Below, piece after piece: positions 57,394-64,000 of a stretch of DNA of 64,000 bases. The position numbers and the translations under genes are program-made. This DNA is from an uncultured Thermoplasmata archaeon (lineage in GTDB: Archaea > Thermoplasmatota > Thermoplasmata > Halarchaeoplasmatales > Halarchaeoplasmataceae): positions 18,756 through 82,755 of the forward strand of contig CAYWYD010000002.1 in the NCBI GenBank assembly GCA_964462425.1, in the 5' to 3' direction. Position 1 is the stretch's first letter. Each line of letters starts with the position of its first letter. The notes beneath the pieces were generated by a model, which ran no database searches, was not told the DNA's origin, and saw only the letters and a list, made by a program, of their open reading frames with translations.

Positions 57394-57768
57394 TTGATCA
57401 TTATAGGCTTGCCTCCTATCATTTATTATTTATTAGCTCAGGTATTTGGACATTCTTCAACGCTTTGTTTGGCAAGTATACCCTCGGGAGCTGTGGTAAT
57501 TTACCTGTGGCTCAAGTTATATCCCAAGTTGACGGGATCTACGAAAAAATGGGATTGGGACAAGTCAGGAGGCTCTAAAGAGACCGCTAAAAAAACATCT
57601 CCCGAAAAATACTCGGTCGGGGATCGTTCTACAAAAAGTGAAAAGGGCATATTCTCCCGGATATTCAGTGATGGGGAGGAATGTGAGGAGTGCGGTACGG
57701 AATTGGTCTACAAGGAAGGAGCCGGCTCCTATTACTGTCCCAAATGCCAGGAGTACAAATGGAAGTAG
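57394..57768 (+). CDS. Hypothetical membrane protein with C-terminal CxxC...CxxC zinc ribbon
   Basis: 124 aa from a TTG start. Two N-terminal hydrophobic helices precede CEECGTELVYKEGAGSYYCPKC. The hydrophobic segment continues upstream of the only canonical start, so the 5' end is uncertain. Confidence 0.3.
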   Translation: MIIIGLPPIIYYLLAQVFGHSSTLCLASIPSGAVVIYLWLKLYPKLTGSTKKWDWDKSGGSKETAKKTSPEKYSVGDRSTKSEKGIFSRIFSDGEECEECGTELVYKEGAGSYYCPKCQEYKWK

Positions 57769-57797
57769 CTCGGCAGGGAAAGATCGGATATGATAAT

Positions 57798-58250
57798 TCA
57801 AGAGGATGGATAGATAGCCATTATAAAGGCCAAAAGAGAGCCGGTTATCGCTATATATCCGCCCATCTGAAGACCGTTCAGTAAAAAGAGACCTGTGTTC
57901 GGCGGACTCAAAAATAGCGCCGTGAACGTTATCACCAGGAGAGACAATGACAGCACGAGAGCTATCAATCGAGGATTGAAATCGAAGATCTGCTTCATCT
58001 CGTCCTTCGAGATGTAGAGGACCGCTAGAAAGAACGTCAGCGCACTGAGGAGCGGTATGAAGTACAGCAGTAGCCAATAAGATGAAAAAGTGTTAGCAAG
58101 CATGTATCCCGTGTAAATCTCTTCTGTCCCGTTGATCTCGGCTCTGTACCAGGGGAAGAAAAAACTGACGAATAACAGAACATTTCCCAGCAATATGAAC
58201 ATCAACCTGATCGTATAGTCCCCTTTCAGCTCTTTATCTACTAGACTCAT
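57798..58250 (-). CDS. Hypothetical 4-TM membrane protein, translationally coupled to the vWA giant gene
   Basis: 150 aa with four hydrophobic helices. The ATG at 58250-58248 overlaps the TGA at 58249-58247 of the upstream gene (ATGA). Confidence 0.55.
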   Translation of the reverse strand: MSLVDKELKGDYTIRLMFILLGNVLLFVSFFFPWYRAEINGTEEIYTGYMLANTFSSYWLLLYFIPLLSALTFFLAVLYISKDEMKQIFDFNPRLIALVLSLSLLVITFTALFLSPPNTGLFLLNGLQMGGYIAITGSLLAFIMAIYPSS

Positions 58251-61200
58251 GATGGCTCACCTCCTTCTTCGTCTCCGCTTTTCTCAGGTTTCTCCGTGGG
58301 AGGTTCTTCGGGTGGAGATGACGGCTTCGGTTTCTTCACCTTCGGGACCTTCTTCGGCCCTTCTTGCTCTTGGGCCGGTTCACTTTTATCCCGAGGAGTA
58401 GGAGGTTCTTCCGTGTTCTCTTTGTCGAAACTAGGGGGGCCGGGCGGTTGTGATGCACCCTTTTCTACCTTTTCTTCTTCCTCTTCTTCTTCCTCCTCCT
58501 TTTTGATATGTCTATCCGTCATAAAGAGGATCACCACCAACATCACACTGAATATCACGGCATAAACTATAGGGGCGATATTGAGATTGTCCACTTTGAT
58601 CTCTTCCTGGTGGTAGGCGGTGTTCCCAGCTGAATCAACCGCTTTCACTTTAACTTGATGGACGCCGTTATCCTCGATCCCCGTTTCCCATGAGAATCCC
58701 TCTTCCTCTACTGATACGGCTTTCCATTCTCCGTCATCTATCTTGATCCAAACTTCTTCTACATCTGTCGTCGGATCAGTTATATCAAAATCTAAATCCG
58801 CATTCTTCTCCACTATCTCGTTCCCGATATATTCGATCTCGGGAGCGGTGTTATCTACCGTGAAGTCAGAAGATCTCGTTATGCTGTTGCCGGCTTTATC
58901 TTTGATAGTGACTTCAAGTGAATATTCACCGTCCTCCAGATCGGTGGTATCGAGGTTTAGCTGATAATTTTCTTTTTCTTCATCCAGATAGAGATAGTAT
59001 TCCTCGGTCGTTCCACTCGGCCCGGTCAGGTCAGCCCGTACCACGTCGATACCGACTTTATCCTCAGGCTGAACGGACACCGCTATCTCGCCTGACTGCG
59101 GTCCAGATGGCATAGATACCGGCGTGAAAGAAGGTTCATAATTATCGAAGAAAACCACCACCTTCTCCGTCGATTCATGACCGGCCGGATCGATCGATCT
59201 GAAGTGGATCGTATGCGAACCGTCCATATATTCACTCGTATCCAGGTCGGCGGTCCAACCGTCAGCGCCCTCGCTCATCTCGCTCCAATCTTTGTTATCG
59301 ACCCTGTAGCTCACTTCAGGAGTAAAACCTTCATCCTCACTATCGATTTTCAATTCGTAAGTCTCGGTCAGGACCTCGTCTTTCTCCGGTTCTGCGATGC
59401 TCATCGTTGGAGCGGAGTTATCTACGTAAAATTCTATCGGGGTTGAAGTGGTGATATGGCCAGCCTTGTCGGTTACCTCAGCCTCGAGTGTGTGAGTGCC
59501 GTCCTCCAACGTCCTCGTATCTATCGTTACTTCCCAATAGCCGCTCTGTGCGTTGTAAGCGGTGCTGTAGGATCTCTGTCCTAAAATTATCGTAGTAGAG
59601 TCCAATTCGATATTATCTGAGGCATGAACCTTGAAGGTGTAAGATCCCTCGACATATTCTTCTCCTGATGGACTGCTCACGGATCCTACAGGTTCAGTAT
59701 TATCTATCCTGACGTTCAACCGTTCCATGGTTTGTAGACCCGAGGTATCTCTGACTTTTACCGAGAGTTCGTGTTCACCGTCCTTGTATCGAGTTGTATC
59801 TAACGTACCCTCGTATTCGGCCGTATATTCATCTCCAGAAACTCTCTGGAGAGCTTTCTCTTCCGAGTTATCTATGAAGAAGACTGGATTGTCCTCCGTG
59901 TCCGGTACACCTCTATCGTCCGAGACTTTCACCGAGATCGTCTCTTGACCGGATAGTATCTGACCTTCAGCTACAGAGGTTATCGAGAGCATGGGATCGT
60001 TGTTCTTGACCGCCACGTTGATATCCTGGGTGACGAGATTATTCGCGCTATCGTAAACTGAAGCTTTAACGGTGAATATGCCGGTCTCCATACCCGTAGA
60101 CACGGTGACATCCGGCGATTTGAAAGTCTGTTGTGCAGTAGCACCATAGTTACCTCCATCCGGGCTCAAAACCAAATTTTCGCTTCCGCCGATCTCGCTC
60201 GCGTCTATAACGACTTTTCTTACGCCAGAACCCGTGTCGCCGGCTTCTATCTGGAAATTTATCTTCTCTCCGTCCGCGGCCCAGTCTTTTTCGGAGGGGT
60301 AGTTGACTTTTTGAGCATCTATCTCGGGATTGGTATTATCTACCTCGATGAACTGGAAGGCGGTATCGTTCATATTCCTGGCTATGTCCACGGCTTCCAT
60401 CTTCACCGCCGCCTCCTTCGTCTCGTCGGTGTTCACGGTGACCTTTTTGGAGCCGTAAATATTATCGTCTTCCGCCCCATCGCCGTGTTCGCCGTCATCA
60501 TACATCCCGACCTGAGTAGATAGGCCCAGTTCCTCGGCCTGCGCATAGACCCCTTTCAACCCATGGGGAGCATCAGAACCGATGTACTGCCTCGAGGTAT
60601 GGTTTATCACGGCTCCAATCTTAGTATATATCTTCTGGAGGTCAGAAGAGGAAGGCGCGTAAAAATAATCCCCTCCACTCGTTTCAGCTATCTTTTTGAG
60701 GTCATACTCCGTGGTAAAATTATACGTATAGGCGTCCGAGTTAACAAAGCTTGAAGCGCCGCCGGTGGTGGAGACTTTTTCCGTAGGAGGAAGATATCCT
60801 GACGCGCTTGAATTCGATGCCTGCGGCTGTACGCCCAAACCTATATTGAACATCGGAAGCGGAGCGTCTACCAGCCCGAATCTTTCCTCGTCATAACCGG
60901 GATCGGTGAGATCGATGTCCCGCCAACGGGTCGAGCCCTGTCCGTCTTCGTAACGTGCGATCTCGTGATCATATGTCTTCTTCACACCCCATTTGAGCCC
61001 ATTTTCTATGTCCCAGGTCCGATTCGCATCATCTTCCATCGACTTCAAGGTACCTGGACAGAACGTTTCACTACCGCCCTCCAGATCGTCAGCATAATCG
61101 TCACCGTCAGTTAAAGAGACCACGGTAGGGATATGCTTATGTTCCTCGTCATAATTATTCCACGCATAATTGGTCGCGTTCCCCATCGCGTCCCATATAG

Positions 61201-62077
61201 GTGTATTACAGTCGGGAGAAAGCTCATCGTTGATTATGTGCTTGGCTACCTCTCTACCCGTTCCCGTGAAACCGCACTCCGGACAGTCGACCGTCTCAGA
61301 AGCGGTAGCATAGGGTAGGTACAAGCGTGGTTCCTCTGAATTTGAACTGTCCGGGTCGAAAGCGACTATAGAGATCCTGTCGATGACGCTTAGACCGTCG
61401 ACAAAGCTAGTCGCGGCGTCTGTAAGATCGTCCCACCTATCATCCGTCCGCATACTTCCGGAATTATCTAACACTAGAACCACATCTGCTGGATAACGGA
61501 CCGATATATTCTTGTAGACCGGCTCGACGTCCATCGCCCTGCCGACGAAACTGATCTCGTCGCCCTGCTTTACGGCTGTCTGGCCCGCCGGTAGTTCCGC
61601 ATTAAAACCGGAAAGCGTGGGATGGATATTGTCGACCTTGACCTCGCGGTAGAATTCGTTCGAATCTCCAGTGGAATCGTAGGCTGTTATAGTCACGTAA
61701 TGGTATCCGCTCTCGGCTTGTACGACGACAGGAGGCGATCCGTATATACCATCGTTCGGTTCGTCGTCCCAGTGGTTTCCGTCGTCCAGCATCTGGATCT
61801 CTCCTCCACCTATGGAAGAAGCGTCCAGCCAGACTTCGCTTATCCCGTCGGGATCGGAAACCTGTCCTCTTATCTGTACCTGAGAGTAATTCTTTGCCGC
61901 TTCCGTTTTATAAGGATAATTTACCTCGATGTTCTTGACTTCAGGATAGTCCTGATTCAAACCTGGTCCTTCTTCGGCTTCGCCGAGTGCGGCGGCTGGA
62001 AGAAAAGAACTCAGTAGTAAAAGCATGCCTATCGCAAATATAGAGACCTTCCTATGATTCATGAGTATGTCCTCCAT
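58247..62077 (-). CDS. Giant membrane-anchored surface protein: Ig-like + von Willebrand factor A domain + about 7 Ig-like repeats + TM + Glu/Pro/Lys tail
   Basis: 1,276 aa. Has a signal peptide; Met-6 at 62062, preceded by GGAGG, is a likely alternative start. The MIDAS motif is VVLVLDNSGSM (about 61450-61490), with SLTDGDD. The C-terminal TM is IAPIVYAVIFSVMLVVILFM (58520-58585), followed by E9 and a PK-rich 90-aa tail. Confidence 0.9.
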   Translation of the reverse strand: MEDILMNHRKVSIFAIGMLLLLSSFLPAAALGEAEEGPGLNQDYPEVKNIEVNYPYKTEAAKNYSQVQIRGQVSDPDGISEVWLDASSIGGGEIQMLDDGNHWDDEPNDGIYGSPPVVVQAESGYHYVTITAYDSTGDSNEFYREVKVDNIHPTLSGFNAELPAGQTAVKQGDEISFVGRAMDVEPVYKNISVRYPADVVLVLDNSGSMRTDDRWDDLTDAATSFVDGLSVIDRISIVAFDPDSSNSEEPRLYLPYATASETVDCPECGFTGTGREVAKHIINDELSPDCNTPIWDAMGNATNYAWNNYDEEHKHIPTVVSLTDGDDYADDLEGGSETFCPGTLKSMEDDANRTWDIENGLKWGVKKTYDHEIARYEDGQGSTRWRDIDLTDPGYDEERFGLVDAPLPMFNIGLGVQPQASNSSASGYLPPTEKVSTTGGASSFVNSDAYTYNFTTEYDLKKIAETSGGDYFYAPSSSDLQKIYTKIGAVINHTSRQYIGSDAPHGLKGVYAQAEELGLSTQVGMYDDGEHGDGAEDDNIYGSKKVTVNTDETKEAAVKMEAVDIARNMNDTAFQFIEVDNTNPEIDAQKVNYPSEKDWAADGEKINFQIEAGDTGSGVRKVVIDASEIGGSENLVLSPDGGNYGATAQQTFKSPDVTVSTGMETGIFTVKASVYDSANNLVTQDINVAVKNNDPMLSITSVAEGQILSGQETISVKVSDDRGVPDTEDNPVFFIDNSEEKALQRVSGDEYTAEYEGTLDTTRYKDGEHELSVKVRDTSGLQTMERLNVRIDNTEPVGSVSSPSGEEYVEGSYTFKVHASDNIELDSTTIILGQRSYSTAYNAQSGYWEVTIDTRTLEDGTHTLEAEVTDKAGHITTSTPIEFYVDNSAPTMSIAEPEKDEVLTETYELKIDSEDEGFTPEVSYRVDNKDWSEMSEGADGWTADLDTSEYMDGSHTIHFRSIDPAGHESTEKVVVFFDNYEPSFTPVSMPSGPQSGEIAVSVQPEDKVGIDVVRADLTGPSGTTEEYYLYLDEEKENYQLNLDTTDLEDGEYSLEVTIKDKAGNSITRSSDFTVDNTAPEIEYIGNEIVEKNADLDFDITDPTTDVEEVWIKIDDGEWKAVSVEEEGFSWETGIEDNGVHQVKVKAVDSAGNTAYHQEEIKVDNLNIAPIVYAVIFSVMLVVILFMTDRHIKKEEEEEEEEEKVEKGASQPPGPPSFDKENTEEPPTPRDKSEPAQEQEGPKKVPKVKKPKPSSPPEEPPTEKPEKSGDEEGGEPS
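58598..60565 (-). repeat. In-frame Ig-like repeat modules (about 90-105 aa each) ending in VDN / IDN
   Basis: Recurrent ...D-x-T-x-(L/Y)-x-D-G-x-H-x-(L/I)-x-(V/A)-x-(V/A)-x-D-x-A-G(N/H)...(V/I)-D-N module boundaries. These are more divergent than the repeats in the 2,330-aa protein. Confidence 0.7.
60610..61492 (-). other. vWA domain with large insertions, within the 1,276-aa ORF
   Basis: Contains DxSxS MIDAS (DNSGS), a conserved T in TPIW and a conserved D in LTDGDD. The inserts include CPECGFTG...SPDC. Confidence 0.7.
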
Positions 62078-62505
62078 TCTATAATGCGGATTGGATGGCT
62101 TATTATCCAGCTAATATATTAAACTTAGGGTGAGATCTGCAGTCCAGAATTAGACGAAAGATATCTTTCTTTGAATGAAAAAATACTAGAGGTTAGTTTT
62201 GATTATAGGGCGGATGAACTCGAAGAGGTAAGTGATGAGAGAGATACGACGACGATAGAAGAGCCAGATTCGATCCTAAAGAGCTGACGATATGGTTTAC
62301 CATAGGCGGCTTCGTCGCAATAATGAGGTTGCTGTAAAAGAGCGTATCAACTTTCTAGTGATTTTGGGACGTTTGAAAAATTTTTTATCTATGGATAAAA
62401 CTCTAATAAATTCAGACTATTCAGCCAAACCTCACATATCACTAAATTCTTGACATCCTCTCTAAAAGGAAAAGACCTTTTGGCTAGCCGTCGAGTCCTG
62501 TTTTA

Positions 62506-62590
62506 TAGTAAAAGACATGACATTTTGTACTTTTTGTGTCTTTTACTAGCATTGGAGCTCGTAACTTAGTTCAAAAAGTTACGAGTTCCA
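62506..62590. other. Two adjacent strong stem-loops in a 680-nt non-coding spacer
   Basis: An 11-bp stem (62506-62516/62538-62548, 21-nt loop) and a 15-bp stem (62553-62567/62576-62590, 8-nt loop, one G.T pair that is allowed only for a plus-strand RNA). A third 8-bp hairpin lies at 62462-62483. Confidence 0.4.
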
Positions 62591-62754
62591 CTATAATCTG
62601 CGAGGACACCGTCTTTGTGCTTGGATTAAAAGATATAGGCGAGATAGTGATGAAGTCGGAGTTTTCAGGTGAACGGGCAAAGAGATGAAAGAATCTCAAC
62701 TGACTTCAATCTAGCTGGGCCGTCTCCATCTAAGGTTGCCACTCATCTTTCAGC

Positions 62755-63477
62755 TCAAGATATCGGGGTTTTTCGATCCCCTTTTCGGTATTCAGGGATT
62801 AAATCACTTGACTTAATATCTACGAAGTCCTCTCTTATCTCTTTTTGTTCTTCCAAAACTATCTGGTAGAAAAAGTTGTTTTCGATGAACTCAGTCAGTA
62901 GTATAGTATAGTTCAACATCTTTATATTCTCTATTATTCTTTTTTTATTTTTTGGGATGTCAGTGAGTAATCTTGTCAGTTCGTCCAACAGTTTATCGAG
63001 TTCCTCGTGTTCATTCTCGAGGACAACGACGCCAAGGTCTAAGGTATCTTCCTTTAACTTCGGGAAAAGAATATATTCTTCGAACATCTTATGTTTCCTT
63101 ATCACCCTGACATCTTGCCTGATCCTTTTTATCATCTTCTTTCTGAGTATCCTGTTTTCCTCGCTCTGAAGGGATTCTGAGAGATGAGATAATCTCTTCA
63201 CGAAAGAAGTGATATATCCATGTTCTTTAACGAAACGGTTTATAAGGTCTCCTTCATCAGTTTTCTCAAGGATCTCATTCCCTTTACTGTCGGCTAATTC
63301 TAAGTATATATCTTTAATTTCGTTTAGTTCTACCCCTTTCTCTGAATCTAAAAGATCGAGCTCCGCCAATACGATATCGAGTGGTGACGCTGATTCGATC
63401 TCTCTCTTTGCATCCTTAAGTGATATATCCCCCTTATAGGACTCCCTCAAGACAGAGGTGAGATCCTTATTTTTCAT
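62755..63477 (-). CDS. DUF438-like + hemerythrin (HHE cation-binding) domain protein
   Basis: 240 aa. HKMFEEYILFPKL and ENEHEELDKLL resemble hemerythrin H-x3-E / H-x3-E helices. The N-terminal segment (SASPLDIVLAELDLL) resembles DUF438. Confidence 0.45.
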   Translation of the reverse strand: MKNKDLTSVLRESYKGDISLKDAKREIESASPLDIVLAELDLLDSEKGVELNEIKDIYLELADSKGNEILEKTDEGDLINRFVKEHGYITSFVKRLSHLSESLQSEENRILRKKMIKRIRQDVRVIRKHKMFEEYILFPKLKEDTLDLGVVVLENEHEELDKLLDELTRLLTDIPKNKKRIIENIKMLNYTILLTEFIENNFFYQIVLEEQKEIREDFVDIKSSDLIPEYRKGDRKTPIS

Positions 63478-63665
63478 TTGTCCCCCTCCTTGATAATGAT
63501 AGGTGCACGAAGGTATATATAATTTGGTAAAGTGAGAAACTCAAGTGTTTTTTGATACGATGAAGATCCGATGGACTGAGAAACGGTGAAACCTTGGTGA
63601 ACAAGATAGGGGAACTCTCGTAAAAACCTTAAACCACGTATATTTTACCTGGAACAGGTGAGATA

Positions 63666-64000
63666 ATGATAGACACGAGCGATAGAGATACGGAAGAGGT
63701 CCTCGAGGCGGCGAAAGAATACTCTGAGGAGCACGACGTGAAGAACATAGTGGTCGCCACGACCCGTGGCGAGACAGGAGTGAAGGCGGGCGAGCTGTTC
63801 AGCGGGGACAAAAACGTCGTGGCGGTCACTCATTCCACGGGATTCAGAGAGGAAGAAGAACAGGAACTCGAAGAGGAAAACAGGAAGAAGATGGAAGAGT
63901 TAGATGTGAAGATCTTTACCGGGCCTATGCCCTTTCACTCGTGGAACGATCACTACCGGAAGAAGAAGGGCTCTATAATGACCCCCACGGTGATAGCCGA
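63666..64000 (+). CDS. Pyruvate-kinase C-terminal (alpha/beta) domain-like protein, 3'-truncated by the window end
   Basis: Not in the ORF track because no stop falls within the window. From ATG 63666 it reads MIDTSDRDTEEVLEAAKEYSEEHDVKNIVVATTRGETGVKAGELF...VVAVTHSTGFREEEEQELEEENRKKMEELDVKIFTG, the layout of the archaeal PK_C-like family. Confidence 0.55.
   Translation, partial: MIDTSDRDTEEVLEAAKEYSEEHDVKNIVVATTRGETGVKAGELFSGDKNVVAVTHSTGFREEEEQELEEENRKKMEELDVKIFTGPMPFHSWNDHYRKKKGSIMTPTVIA

Noticed and set aside
57565-58077. 170-aa minus-strand ORF.
   Set aside because: It overlaps both the 57394-57768 ORF and the 4-TM gene in other frames, and has no membrane or fold features of its own.
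62293-62454. 53-aa plus-strand ORF (MVYHRRLRRNNEVAVKERINFLVILGRLK...) in the long spacer.
   Set aside because: It is basic and compositionally unlike the acidic proteome, I recognise no motif, and I see no obvious promoter or RBS. It is kept only as a note.
62669-62869. 66-aa plus-strand ORF from the track.
   Set aside because: Its 3' half lies antisense to the end of the hemerythrin-like gene, and its sequence is low-complexity.
1-64000. Search for rRNA genes, CRISPR arrays, and transposase, integrase or IS elements.
   Set aside because: None was found by eye. There are no short spaced direct repeats, no DDE or tyrosine-recombinase-like ORFs, and no rRNA signature sequences.

Overview
This 64-kb window comes from an archaeal chromosome. 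The evidence is the RNA-polymerase operon rpoH-rpoB-rpoA'-rpoA''-rpl30e-nusA, an archaeal-type PheRS alpha subunit, and a tRNA with non-canonical introns. rpoB is unsplit. Predicted proteins are strongly acidic, with poly-Glu tails and D/E-rich loops, and many genes are coupled by ATGA or GTGA overlaps. This fits a halophilic, possibly DPANN/Nanohaloarchaeota-like lineage, but that is inference only. I call about 55 CDS, 2 tRNAs, 1 tRNA fragment, 1 gene remnant and 2 candidate structured-RNA regions. I saw no rRNA, CRISPR array, transposase or integrase. The layout is as follows. (i) 0-1.8 kb holds a PhoU-type regulator pair. (ii) 1.9-16.4 kb is an AT-rich surface-glycan island with GT2, three GT4, a Wzx flippase, a flippase-like protein, a GT-C-like protein, two sulfotransferases, a TauE/SafE permease and three paralogous small alkaline-phosphatase-superfamily proteins. 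(iii) 16.4-43 kb holds housekeeping genes: aminotransferase, glyoxylate reductase, the RNAP operon, RaSEA-like radical SAM, SDR, acylphosphatase, a THUMP-less ThiI, an E1-like enzyme, dUTPase, HutH, PheS, CysS and a GalT-like gene. (iv) 44-51 kb is a 2,314-2,330-aa membrane-anchored subtilase fused to 10 tandem Ig-like modules. (v) 51-57 kb holds arsR-purE-purC, transporters and an RNase HI-Zn-finger fusion. (vi) 58-62 kb is a 1,276-aa vWA/Ig-repeat surface protein coupled to a 4-TM protein. The most interesting items are listed here. A translationally coupled CARF-like + PIN gene pair has no CRISPR context. The two giant surface proteins share a transmembrane helix plus acidic-tail architecture. 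The glycan island contains a sulfation and AP-superfamily module. tRNA-Lys carries D-loop and T-loop introns. A fragment of the tRNA-Thr 3' end is split by 56 nt. Rpo2 has a Zn-ribbon insertion and Rpo1C has an HhH/Lys-rich extension. A purC remnant and two unexplained structured non-coding regions complete the list. All family assignments come from motif recognition by eye, with no database search run.
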